DNA from: Ginglymostoma cirratum
Lineage: Eukaryota
NCBI GenBank assembly: GCA_024137785.1
Contig: JAHRHZ010000031.1
Coordinates: 7,512,535 to 7,576,534, forward strand
Direction: 5' to 3'
DNA: 64,000 bases
The position numbers were made by a program, and so were the translations under genes. Numbering within the stretch: position 1 is the stretch's first letter; every line of letters starts with the position of its first letter. The notes beneath the pieces were generated by a model. That model was given only the letters and a program-made list of their open reading frames with translations. It ran no database searches and was not told where the DNA came from. This document shows, piece by piece, positions 40,951 through 53,926 of this stretch.

Positions 40951-43245
40951 CACAGTGGTCGCCACTCTAAGGTTAAATTACAAAGACATTTATGGCTTTA
41001 GGGGGAAAAATAAGAGGAAAAACTTTCTTACTATTGAGAATCTGATTCTATTTCATACTTCCGTATTTTCCCACCTTTCTCATCATGACTCACGTCACGC
41101 CAGGGAGGGGAAAATTCCATCTACAGACTTAAACATGGAATCTTACAACCAAATAATAAACGGAAAGATATCACGTGTTACCCTGAAAGATAGTTCACAC
41201 ATTCCAGTGAATATCCATAGCCCCGGTAGGGGTTGGGGCATGGAATGGAGGATGTGGTGGTGGAGGAATTTGGTTTGTTTTCTGAGCACACCACTGGAAG
41301 AGGAGTTAGTCAGTCAGAGATCTCATTGGTAAAATCAGTGAATAAGGCAGGTATCAGAAGCTTATCATTTCTAGAAGTATTCTGAATACAGTATAAGGAA
41401 ACAGACAAGAAAAGGATTCAGTGGCAAGATGAACCATGGGGAAACCTGACCTAATAAGTGAAGGTTTTTCACTGCAAGTCCAAAGCTCTCCATAACCTGG
41501 AGCACAAAGCATAAAGAAAGATCCTTACTTACAGCATTGTGGCTTATTAATTGCTTCTATTGTGCTTAAGGAGATTCCTGCAGCTTATTGAATCATTGAG
41601 GATTGATTACAACCATTGATGCATATTTCCCTTTTCCATCTGTAAAAATCAAACCTCCTTAAATAGTTTCTGCCTATTAAACAAACACCTTTTCAGTCTA
41701 CCTTTCATAAGATTGTAGAAGCAATTGACAGACAGAGGAGATAAATTAACCATCATTATGAACAACGTTTTGAGATGTAACATGAAGGTTACGGAAGCCA
41801 ATTTGCCTTGTAACTTTGCGTAGTCCATCTCTTTCAGATACAGACATGCTGCCAGATGAGATGCAGGCAACTTTTTGATGGTGTAATCAGAGTTAGGCAC
41901 TTTGCATTTGGTTCATAACACTGGCTCTAGATTGAAATTGGCATACAATTAGGTCAGCGTTGAGTCACACGTGATCTGCCAGGCCTTACCAGCATTCCTT
42001 AAAGAGATTGCTGGAGACGGCTTGTAGGGAAAGAAAATCAACCAGAAATTCATCAGACACAAACCAGTAAGCAGTACCAGACTGTCCGATTGGTTTCTGC
42101 AGCTAACATCTTCAATTTACTTAAGGCTTTAGATCCAATTTTAACTGGCCATCAGGGTAATGGACTGGCACAGAATTCTGACATTTCATTGGGTTGCATA
42201 ATTTTTTGGGAGCAGCAAATCCAATCTCTCAACCAAAGTATTGCCTTCATACATCAGAGGATTATACAGTTATGATCCAAGGTAATGCACTATTATACCA
42301 TTAGATACAGACGTTTCCTAAATCTATCGTTACAGAAGTGACTCCCGCTGCTATATCAGCCAGACCAAAGGCTTATCCTCGAGCAGTTATACCATCTACT
42401 TGAACAGCAGGTCTAACAGTCAGATTCAATATTTGACTTACTTATTGGTGAAAAGTTAGCAAAACTAATCTTTGCTTCCCAATCATAATGACATTTCGTT
42501 AAAACTTGTCAAATCTGAACATCAAACACTTGCAATGCACAAACATTGCTTATTGAAATGCCTCATAAACGTTACCTGTGCTTGAAGAGTGAAAGTCAAA
42601 GATAATATGAAAAGACAAATCAGACATTGGGATGGTCCTCTGTATTTAGACAAATTTTCATTCAAAGTAAGTTTTTAGTGCTACTTTGCTCTTAAGGATC
42701 AAGGACACACTAAAATTCAAAACAGAGGGAAAGAAAATTGAGTAAATCAACTAATAAGTAATCTTTAAATCTTATAGATTCAAGGGATACTAAGACAGAC
42801 AAGGTTTTCCACATAATGAAAGACAGCAATTAATACCACTTTTTCAAAATAAAAAGTTGCATGGAATGAACTCTTTACATGAATGGTTCTTAAATCATTT
42901 TCTGAATACTGCATCAATTCAGACTTCAAACATGCTGCTCAGAATTTGGATGTAATGAGACCATGAGGCAAATTAAAGAAAAATAAAATACGTCATTTAC
43001 CTCCATTAATCAGAATTTTGCCAATCATATGTTTCAGGTTTTGAACAGTTGTGCCTTGCAGTCCCTGAATAAATCGGTTTAGTAAACAATATTTTGCAAA
43101 GATGGAACACTTGATACAAACCCTAAGGTTGCATCTGCTTTCAAACAAACATGACATGATTATTAAAATATGTCTTTTCTTTTGCAGGAGTTCATCTTAG
43201 CAAAAATTGCAAGCAAATCTTTAAAGCTTGCTTTGGGAAACTCAC

Positions 43246-43428
43246 AATTTGTGGATAGTTCAACCTTCGATATTGAACAAATTTGCTCTCAATGTCATTC
43301 CAGCGTTTGTTGAGCTGGATCAGCTGCAGCTCCAGTGCCTTAGCAGCTCCTTTCTTTGACAGGCTCTGTGCTTGCCTGCACACAGCATTCAGGTCTCCCC
43401 TCTTCTCTTCCAGTTCTGCATCCATCTC
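43246..43428 (-). CDS. DMD: Dystrophin exon 41 homolog (183 nt)
   Basis: cactag|GAGATG...CAAATT|gtgagt. Translates EMDAELEEKRGDLNAVCRQAQSLSKKGAAKALELQLIQLNKRWNDIESKFVQYRRLNYPQI. Same length as human exon 41. Confidence 0.96.
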
Positions 43429-45787
43429 CTAGTGAGTAAAACCATACGGTCCCAGAGCAGTTAGCTAGCTATTGTCTCAACTTGAAGAAAAACTAAACAA
43501 ACTGAAATAAAACATTTTCAACTTCTTTATTTAAGCGTCTTGCTTCATGAACACATCATAATTTTATCAAATAACAGGATAGAAAAGCAATGTCCTAAAT
43601 AGCATTGAACCATTGTCTTACCATTTGCAAGCCAAAACCAGCGCTATAGAGTATTACCCGACACAGTTTACTAATCTGGAAAAATGGAGTGTTTTAATAA
43701 CTCAATGCGGCACAAACCAGAAACAGCTCACTTTCAGAGAGTTTGGTCTTCTCTCAGCCAGTTTCGTGGATGTGGTGCATTGCCAACATGAGGTAGTTAT
43801 CAAGAAAGGAGCAGCGGTATTGCTGAGAATAGCGGGAGATAGAACCACCTGCTTTAAGTCCAGCATTGGCATTTTTGACTGCTTTTGTAAACTTCTGTCA
43901 GCTAAAATCTCGGGAGGCAGCATTGCAACAGTACAGACTGTGGACCTCAAAGAAAGTTGGTATAAAAAATTCTAGTTACCTGTCGTGTGGATTTTTAACG
44001 TCAGTTTGAATCTGACAGTAAGTTAAGGGAATCTCCAAGCACCCAACATCAGTGACATAGTTAAGAAGGCGAAGCTGCAAATCACAATAAAGTATCCTCA
44101 CAGACAGTAAACTGCTTTTTTTCACTTTTAATTAAAATATTATAGAGAATTTAAGACATGATTAGAGTACACAACATAAGACTAAGGTAGAAATATCATA
44201 AAAGAAACTTATTAAAGAAGTTTCTTTTGAAAAATTGGGTTTTTTTTGTGAAAAATGGTGGAGAAATTTGAATTTCCACAAGAATAAAGCGAAGTTTTTT
44301 TAGGGCCTGTGAAGCACTCAAATATAATGATAAACTTAATGTGCAGTTAACCATCCAGTTAACCACATATAACAAGGTACATTTTCTTCCAAGGGTTTTT
44401 ATACTGAGATCAATTATGCAAAATGGAAGCTTTTATCAGTTCAATAATTTCTATTTGGTAGGATACTGCAGAGACTTTGGAAACACAGCCTATGGTGAAA
44501 CAGAAAAATCCAAAAAAAAAAAAATAGCTGTTAGGGATTCTATGTGCTTCCTCTAAAGGCTGCTGTCAGTTTCAGGCCAACAAAGACTGTGAGCACTGAC
44601 AGCTCCACAAAATCTGGAGCATCACTTTGCTTCAGCTGGAGTTAACCTTTGTGATTCTTGACTGGAAATGGTCATACAAATGCAATTGTAAAACACTATA
44701 AAGGACATTGCATTGCTAATTTTGAAATTACTAATCTGGATGGATATATCAAAATTACTGATAATAATCTTTTCAAAGATTCAAGTTATGATAACACAAT
44801 AATCATAGTTTAAGACTTAACAAGGGTTCTTTGAAGTTGAAAAAACGTTTGCATTAACAAATAGCTGCCTGAAGCATAAGCGTGCTAGTTTACCCTATTG
44901 GCTAGCCTGTTGATTGTAGTATTGGGTGATTTTTCTCCTGATAAAGACAGTTCCTTTATCTTAAAATCTGCTAATTATTTGTAAGTCAAAATGACAAAGC
45001 AAGTGAAGAAGCAAATGAAAATAATGAATCATTAAAAAAGTGAATCTGACACGTATAAATAAACTCAGGGAAATGTACAATGACAACAGTGATACATGTT
45101 CTGAGCAAATAAGTGAGAGAGAGAGGCTATAGTGGTAAGGCCACACACATTATCAGACAGTGCAGGGACCATACAACTGTCCCTTAACTGTTCTGCGCAT
45201 AACAACAATAACTGGACAATTGGTTTCCTGTAATAAATGAGATTTAAAAACAAAAGAACATCCCAATTACATTTGTATTTCTTATATGTTGACACAATTT
45301 TGATACAGATCACAGTACCATTGGTGAGAGTCAGGCAATTTCTATTCCAGGTTTTATATGGAGTGTAAGATAGAACTATTGATAACTTAAAGGCCTCACA
45401 TACAGTGACGCCGGGAGGAATAAAGTTATTAAATTCACATACCTTCTGCCTTCAAATTCTTCACCCCATCAAATTTTTATTAATAACCACATTTTAAAAA
45501 AATTCAGCAATATCATTGATAAATTAAAAACCATTGCAGATTTTGTATAAATGAAAAAAAAAGACTAAACGCATTTTGGCTCTTTCACCAATAGAACATA
45601 GGCCGCCAGCAAAAAAAAAATCAGTAGATAATGATCAAACAGTCTGACTAGAATAAATGCACCCGAAGGTACAAGATGTATTACAAAGGAGTGCCACATG
45701 CATCCAAATCTTTAGTTACAGCTGACTATTTTTTTCTCTGATTATAGAAAGAGAAATGCAAACACCTGTTTTTAAAAGAAATGTTAC

Positions 45788-45940
45788 CTTCATCTTCTGG
45801 ACATCTTTGGGTTCTGGAAGCCTGGCTAATCTTTTCTCAATGTCATCCAACCACTGCAAAAGATTGTCGGCCTGCTTCTTGTACTGATACCAATGTGGAG
45901 AAATCTCCAGTGCTTTCTTCCTCCTAATTGATCTTAAATC
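45788..45940 (-). CDS. DMD: Dystrophin exon 40 homolog (153 nt)
   Basis: aaacag|GATTTA...ATGAAG|gtaaca. Translates DLRSIRRKKALEISPHWYQYKKQADNLLQWLDDIEKRLARLPEPKDVQKMK. Same length as human exon 40. Confidence 0.96.
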
Positions 45941-46529
45941 CTGTTTAAAAAGGTCAATGATTATTACTTGTTAGCCATTGCATAATAAGAGCACAAAGTA
46001 TCAGAAACACTTAGCCTAAGTTCACACAACTTGTTCAAGGCATTTTTATTTTCCTCCTGTGTTCCATTCTGACGCCTTTGCTTAAAAAAAAACTCTTGTC
46101 CGAAACAAAGTTAACAATGTAGGTTGATGATCTTTCTTGCAAAGTCATCAAACTGAAATGTTGACATTAATACCAAATAGGGGTCCTGAGGCCACATTTG
46201 CTGGAAGCCAGACAGGCAAAGCTGTTTTCCTGGAAACAGCCTGATACTTGTCTACCTCTGCAACTGCTTTGTATTAAAGACAGTGATTGGTCCAGTCACA
46301 GGGCCAGTCTGTTGGGGAGAGGTAGGTGTTCTTAAGCTAAGAGGCAAGCTCAAAATGGAGGCTCTTGCAAAACCCCAAAATGTAGTTTTTACAGGGGGCC
46401 ATGGCAGAAGGCCAATTGGATTGCAGAAAAACTCCTTCACTCAGATCTTTGGGAGATAGAACCTCTGACCCTCTGACTCCAATCACCCTCAGGGTTGTAA
46501 CCTGCATGAAGCTGGTAACCTCCCCATAC

Positions 46530-46745
46530 AGTGAGTGTGCCTGTGTGTGTTTGCATGATTGAGAGTAAACAAGTGAGAATGTGAGAGTCAGAATGGGAGG
46601 GTGAGTGAATAAACAAGCATGAGAGTTTGAGTACGAGAGTGTGCAGGTTTGTGAGTGAGTGTGAGAGTGAGGGTCACAATGTCAGAGTACACAAACGTGT
46701 GCTTGAGTGAGAGCAAGAGAGAGACAGTGTGTGTGTACTTGTGTA
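46530..46745. repeat. Degenerate (GT/GA)n low-complexity tract
   Basis: gtgagtgtg/gagagt repeats. Confidence 0.7.
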
Positions 46746-49173
46746 AATTTGCTGCATAACTTTCCTACCTACACTGGGGAACACCCTTAGCAGTGGGAAG
46801 GCATGGAGATGTATGCTCAGTTAGCAGCCCACTATCCCTGCAATCCTTCCACACCCCCACTCCAAGCTGCTACCATTGGACAGGGAAAGCTCTGCTCGTT
46901 AGCTTGCTGTTTTCTCTGAAGATGCCATCTTTATTCTTTGCCAATAGTGTTGTTACCCATATGATAATCTCTGAAATTGTTATCATCTGTTTAGATTAGC
47001 ATTTAAAGATAAATCCAAAAACCTAATAACACAAGAAGAAAATAATGCTTCAAAATTTCACATTTCACACTTCAAAGCACAAACTTCATTGCATTTAAAA
47101 TAGTTAAACTAAAAAAGCAATTAACACCAGAAATTATAACTACACATGTTTTGGACATGGATTTGTACTTTCCTAAATAGCCTCACTTTCAAACATAATG
47201 TAAAATCCTATCATATTGTGGTCAGTCATTCCTAGAGGTACTTTTACAAGGAGTTTGTTCATTAGCCATGTTTCATTACATAATACTAGATCAAAAGTAA
47301 CTTATTGAGGATTGTTCCTCGTAAAATGCTTTAGAATACCATCCCTAATGCAATCCAACAAGTTATCCTCCAAGCTTTCGCGCTTAATTTTCACTGAAGT
47401 GGAGAAATAAATTTATTTTGCAACCATTCAGGATTTACTACTAAATTAAGTTCTACCTGTCAAAACATAACCATCTTCTGAACTGCCCGTACAGTAGAAA
47501 ATATTTCTACCCAAAGATCTGAAAATGGGTCATCTATTGTTTTGTTTTCTTCCCCTTCTGTTTAATGATCTCACTTTTTGAGCTGTTAACCACTCAAGTC
47601 AACATGGCCCTGGCCTCTTGATTAACATGGTGTTTCTTGAGTTGTAATTAATTCAGGCATGATTTAATTTTATTTACACCATAACTTACCAGTATCAAAA
47701 TTAGCTTTACTTGATGTATGTTTCAATAGTTCAGATTAGCAGCAATTACTGAGCCTCTGTAAATTTAAATAATAACTATTTAAGGTTGTACAACAATATT
47801 ACCTTACAGCAGTATATTGAATGCTGCTAAAACCAAGGTGGACTCTCCTCGCACATTTCTGTCATGTGATTACTTATATCATCACCATGGGATGCGCTAT
47901 TTACACTGTCTCGAACACTAATCCTTTTAAACCTTTATACTACACCCCCAATTCTCTACAATTACTACTTAGGTCCCTGAAGCCAAAACTTTTGTTCTAA
48001 ACCAAAAGCTATGAACTTAAGTATTCCCGACAAGTCATTTGCTGAAGAAATCTACAGTCACGCTTACTTCTTACATTTTTTCCACAAGTTTTGCTAATTA
48101 CCTACGATTTTTTTCAGGCCTTAGCTAGCACAACAGTGATAAATGCTTCAAAAGCTGATTATTGTTCCCTTATGTCAACAGTTAAAAGATGCATGTGATT
48201 CAACCAAATGTCCTTCACAGAGATTTCTCCTTGCACATAATATATTCAGTGCCTCGTGCAGCTAAGAGCTTACCATCTCGGAAGGATGATCAGGAATCCA
48301 CTCAATATCATTCCACGGTACAGTGAAATGAAACAAGTAAGAATCCAAACATTGATTTTACATATTACAGCACTATGTCATATCTCATCAAATATGGAAG
48401 AGCTCAAAAATGTAAAAGACCTATGTTGTACTTATTACCTCTGTTAATCACTACTTTCAGAGTGAAGTTATCCCGCAAATATACTTGAATAGCTGGATCC
48501 CAAATGTACAATTTCCATTTCCACTCAACGAAGTTTGATGATTGATAATGGAGCTATGACAACAGCAACATTTTTAAAGGTTGCAGATTAAATAGGAGTA
48601 ACTTTTTAAAACTGTTGTGGTTGGTCATTGATAAGTAATATTATTAGACTACTTTCTCCAGTATTCGCTCCTACATCTGGTCATAAGAAGCAATTTTGTC
48701 AAGAGGAGTTATGAGGTGCTTGCTTAACTTATCTCAGAGGTATGGCCAATTCTCAGAATTTTCCTGCAAGTCTCCAAGTTAATTGCTGACTACATTAGAA
48801 TCTTTCATATCAAACTGATTAAACATTAACCATGCACCTTCTTTAATGCAACACATTGCCAAAGGGATAGTCATGTATGATACTGTACCTTACATTGACT
48901 TAATGAAAGCGTAATTTCCTAAGCATGAGCTTGAAAGTAACAGATGGGAAAATCACGGGCAAACTGCCTGTTATTTGCTGCTGTGTGCTGCCAGGAGGTA
49001 AGGTCCCAAATGACAGTCCATCTCATCAAATTATTCACTTTATGCAAACCTTAGACACAGGAAATTGAACACTTCCATTTCTGTTACCTAATCACAAATC
49101 CACAGTTTTCAAATATACATTGAATTCTCTCAGAAAGAAAGTTCATAAAAAGGCAAAAACAAAACTTTGGTGA

Positions 49174-49416
49174 AGATAGTAAGAACTGCTGATGCTGGAG
49201 CCAGAGATAACACAGAGTGGAGCTGGAGGAACACAGCAGGTCAGGCAGTATCAGAAGAGCGGGAAAGTTGTATGTTTCAGGTCGGGACCCTTCTTCAGAA
49301 GGATCCCGACCCGAGACATCAGCTTTCCTGCTCCTCCGATGCTGCCGGGCCTGCTGTGTTCCTCCAGCTGCTCACTGTGTTATCTCTGGCTCCAGCATCA
49401 GCAGTTCTTACTATCT
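49174..49416. mobile_element. Fold-back (palindromic) Penelope-like element
   Basis: About 120-nt inverted arms (agatagtaagaactgctgatgctggagccagagataacacag... / ...ctgtgttatctctggctccagcatcagcagttcttactatct) joined at a hammerhead-like motif. Confidence 0.85.
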
Positions 49417-50888
49417 CTAATAAAAGTTAGTGATGTTTTCCAGTTACAATTATGGCACAACAATGGTCTGGAGACCCTAGTGAGCGGCATTATAATTAAT
49501 CCATATCAACCGAGAGATCAGAGAAATGTTGCAATGCTGTGCCCAATGATAAACTTGATCCCGGCATGGTATGGACAGTCACATCTCACTCAACCTTCTG
49601 ACTATGATTTGAATAAGTGTAGTGAACAAAAGGTAGGCATCATCTTTCCTCCAAGAGTTAATATTCCTTCAATTCTCTGCCTCTCCCTTTGATGGGAAGA
49701 GTCATCATGAGAATTTATGCCATACCTTTTCAGGGGGACTTGTACAGCTATGTGTTCACAATGATAAAGTACTTCTACTTACAGAATTCAGTAATGCAAT
49801 TGCATATCGCTGTTAGGTAGCAAAAGTTAGGAAAATAATGGCCCTCTAACATCAAGGAAAATTGAATGACTCTGTTGGATGTCTTTAACCCTGGCCTGCA
49901 AGTAAAATTTCAAGGACGAAAGGAGAAGGTTGTAGTAACCTTTATGGCTACTCACAGTGCCATTTGCAAATAAGTGAAAATCATTGTTAGCAATTGTACA
50001 GTCAGCATGATCTTCAGGCTCAACTGCAATCTCCAAAATATTATATTGCAGTACACCCTAAGATGTTAAAGCTAATAGTTTGTAGACAACTTTTGGTGTA
50101 ACGCATCCTCCCCCTCAAAGTCTGTAACAGTGACAGAATACAATACCCAATTGTAGTCTGTATTTAGAAGAAGCTTTTGTTAAATTAGCTGTTTCCCTGC
50201 TCAGCATCTGTATCCAAATTGTAAGAACCAAAGAAATGCACCAAATATGCAATGAGTAAATTCACTATTTTGGCTCATCTTGTGTTATTATTGTATTAGA
50301 AAGGTCAAGTATTGTTTCACATACCTGTTGTACTCAAACAGAGAAATTCTCTCAAGTGACACATTTTTAAAACTGGGAACAATCAAAAATCATATATATT
50401 AAGCCATATCTTTGCCTTTGTTACCATCTTTCTAACCAGTCTCCTCAAAATAAACCACTTAACAGCATTCAGTTCTGTGCAATGGACCATACCGATACAT
50501 TACCAACCTAATGTCAGTGAGCAACACAGTGCAATTTACTTTGATGTTTAAATTGCATAAGATATGCATTCCTTATTCATTATCTGAAGCTGTGGACTAA
50601 ATATCCAGTGTCGTCTTCAGCACTGTTGGGGAAAGAAATATCATTTTGAGAACAAGCAGCACACTGTCTCACTTGATTTTATTTTGTCAATGGTGAATAA
50701 TTTAACTTGAGGGGCTATCTGCAGAGATTCCAACAAATTGTCCAATTTTGACAGAAACATTCCAAAGTACACAAATGGAATGACCAGAAAGTAAGTAGCC
50801 TAACAAAAGGACAAAACTGTATTTAGTTCCTGGTATTCCAAGGGAGTCTCCAGCTGATGTTGATTCAGGAATTGTTGATTGATCATAC

Positions 50889-51026
50889 CTTGAGAATATT
50901 AAATTTAGCCTGCAACATCTGCTGCTTCATTCTAATTTCTTCTCGCTTCTTCTCATTTGTGACATTCTGTTGCAATTTGTCTCCCATTTTTGCCAGTTCA
51001 TTCATTCGCCTCTCATCATCTTCACT
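50889..51026 (-). CDS. DMD: Dystrophin exon 39 homolog (138 nt)
   Basis: ttctag|AGTGAA...CTCAAG|gtatga. Translates SEDDERRMNELAKMGDKLQQNVTNEKKREEIRMKQQMLQAKFNILK. Same length as human exon 39. Confidence 0.94.
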
Positions 51027-51120
51027 CTAGAATATTAATAAAGTTGCATTACAATTACATAGGTCACATTTGGGGACAAAAAACATATATACTTTTCAGA
51101 ATTAACTTTTCATTCACTTC

Positions 51121-51570
51121 GCTGGACCTGAAGGGTTTGAATTATAGGGAGAGGCTGAATAGGCTGGGGCTTTTTTCCCTGGAGCATCAGAGGCTGAGTG
51201 GTGACCTTATAGAGGTTTATAAAATCATGAGGGACAAGGGTAGGATGAATAGCCAAGGTCTTTTTTCCTAGGGTGGGAGTCCAAAACTAGACAGTGTAGG
51301 TTTAAGGTGAGAGGGGAAAGATGTAGAAAAGACTGGAGGGGTAACTTCTTCACACAGAGAGTGGTGCATGTATGAAACGAGCTGCCAGAGGAAGTGGTGA
51401 CGACGAATACAGTTACAACATTTAAAAGATATCTGGATGGGTATACGTATAGGAAGGGTTTAGAGAGATATGGGCCAAATGTTGGCACGTGACTACGTTG
51501 GATTGTAATGTCTGGTCAGTACAGACAAGTTGGAACAGAAGGTCTGTTTCCATGCTGTATATACTATCTT
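51121..51570 (+). mobile_element. CR1 (HER1-like) LINE 3' end
   Basis: Encodes LKGLNYRERLNRLGLFSLEHQRLSGDLIEVYKIMR. 3' UTR ggtctgtttccatgctgtat. Confidence 0.9.
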
Positions 51571-53809
51571 CCACTCTCAATGTGGTGGCGCTTGGCTTGT
51601 CTCCATTTCAAAAGGAGCTTGTAAAGGGTACTTGCTCACTGTGCAATATCAGCCCTTTAAACCTACAATCATGCCCTTAATGATGATCCGAACCGGCACT
51701 GAGCAATTCAAAACTTCCATTATGTTAGAAATAATACTCTTCTCAGGAGTAATGGTCAGTTCCAATCTGAAGAACAGTTCAACAAAAGATGAGAAACGAA
51801 AACAGATAATATTTTATAAAGGAGATCCAGTGCATTATAAAATAAGTCATGACTTCTGTTATTTATTTGACAATCTCTAAAACTAGGGCTATAAATAAGG
51901 GGAAACATCACACATCATTTGAAAATAATACAATTTTAAAAGCATAACACAAAATTAGATTCTCTCTTAAAATAAAACTGCTGAGCCGTGGAAGTAAAAT
52001 TACTCTTGTTGACCATTTCAGCAAAGCTAAGGTCAGCACTCTCAATAATCACATTTTTTTTTCACAAAAATGATCAGCAGTGGGGATTTCACACACTGTT
52101 TCCGATGAAAGATTGAATTAAAATTGCTGAACAAGAGTTATTGGGTCCTGGATTTGGGTTTTCAATTCCAGTGGAACATGAGAAATCAATTACTAAATAT
52201 AATACTTTTCACTGAAATGTAAAAGAAAACAATGCACAAGGTTAAAGTAAATTAGGCGGATTACTCTGTGCTAGCTGAATAAGCACTGTAATTGATCTGA
52301 ACCAACATTAATGGAATATTTGCTTTTTTGGTGCAAGTCTACAATTATCCAAAGGTTTTGCAAAAGATACTGTTGAACAGTTTCTATTTAGATTTTTCAA
52401 AATAGTTATTTGTCATACTTTGACCTTTTCCTTTTGCAAAGTTTGTCAAGACTGTATTTTATAACTTTCCAACTATATACTTGTTCATGAAATAAATGTT
52501 GAATTTTTCAATTATATGCATTTTGCTACATTTGGGAATCCACATTGATACATCTTAAAATTTCTCAGACTTTTTCCTTCAATGTACTATCTAATTATTA
52601 TGTTCCCTTTTCCTCTGTGCTTTTGACCACTTCCAGTTCTTTTACTATCTTTCTTGTGTATTTATGCAAGAGCATGGATAATAACACAAAATCTGTCACT
52701 GAGTCCCTTGAGCCAGTTTGAGTATTCAATTAGGTATTAGTAATCTGTATCTCAACTCCACTATCTGCATTCATAACATAACATTTCATACGTTTGTCAG
52801 CAAAAGCAATCAAACACTATTATGTTACAGTTCTAAATTTCAAAATCTATTGACAAGAGATCATTGCATTTTAAATGTGTGTTACGTGATCTGTAAATAG
52901 ATAAAAACAAAGAAAATAAAACTAAATGAGTGGTGTATGACATAAGAAACTTCATTTTTGATGCTCCAATGTCACCCATCTTAAACTTTGCAGGAAGGGA
53001 TTAGTCTGTTAAAGCCAATAACCTTGTATGGTTTCTGAAAATTGCTACATTCTTACATTGCAAAGATACATCAGTGACATAAGCTTATTTTTGAAAAAAT
53101 ATATTAGTTTTCAATGTCTGGAACCGTGAATGTATGAGAGGAAAGAAAAATACTCTTTATCTACAATTCTCCTTTCAGTGGTGTTAGATTCAATAATTTC
53201 CAACAGTGAAATCATTTCTCTTTCCCCAAAGAAGTGGAATGCAAGATCCCGAATAAAGGTTATGTTACACATTAAACAAACCAACAAATGTTGGAGCATT
53301 GTCACATTTTTCATATCCCTGATTTCTCTGCACATTTTCTCCTCTAACTTTGTCTCCCATATTATGGAGATCAAGAGAATGCTCTCAGACTGTGATGTAT
53401 GATCTAAACAAATGCATGTCAGCTAACCCAATGACTAAAATGAGGGTTTTACATGTTTATTTTGTTTAAACAAGATTATATTCAAAATTTCAGATGTGAG
53501 CTTTCATATTCTTGTGAACTGCTACATCCACATGCCTCTTTGAATTTCAAGGTTGAAATTTCTTAAGTCTAAACTCAGAATTAATGTGTCAAGATGTTAC
53601 TCACGCAACCATGAATTTCTATTGCTACAAGTCTCCATGTTTAAAGGAGAAACACTAAGATATGAATAGTGGCAGAATTATTCCATTAATTATACTATCC
53701 AATTGAGAAACAACAATCTTTTGTGTTTAGTCCTTCTTGGAAAGTCAGCCATCAATTCAGCATTTGGTTACATCGCTAGTCCTAATATTGCTACTTATAC
53801 CCAACTAAC

Positions 53810-53926
53810 CATCTCTTTCTCAAAATCCCCTTCTTTTAGATTCTCTCCTTGTTGTATTTCTGATTCCAATTCAGCAAGCAGTAGCTGGATATTTGTATCA
53901 AACTGTTCCAACTCCTTTGGAGATAC
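53810..53926 (-). CDS. DMD: Dystrophin exon 38 homolog (117 nt, phase 0-0)
   Basis: tttttcag|GTATCT...GAGATG|gttagt. Translates VSPKELEQFDTNIQLLLAELESEIQQGENLKEGDFEKEM, versus human ASIPLKELEQFNSDIQKLLEPLEAEIQQGVNLKEEDFNKDM. Confidence 0.92.

Noticed and set aside
49192-49692. 166-aa ORF
   Set aside because: Reads through the Penelope palindrome and has no protein-like features.
51889-51898. MEF2 consensus CTATAAATAA
   Set aside because: An isolated match in AT-rich DNA is expected by chance.
10040-53926. Utrophin rather than dystrophin
   Set aside because: Exon sizes and peptides track human DMD exons 38-43, including the R15 region that utrophin lacks.
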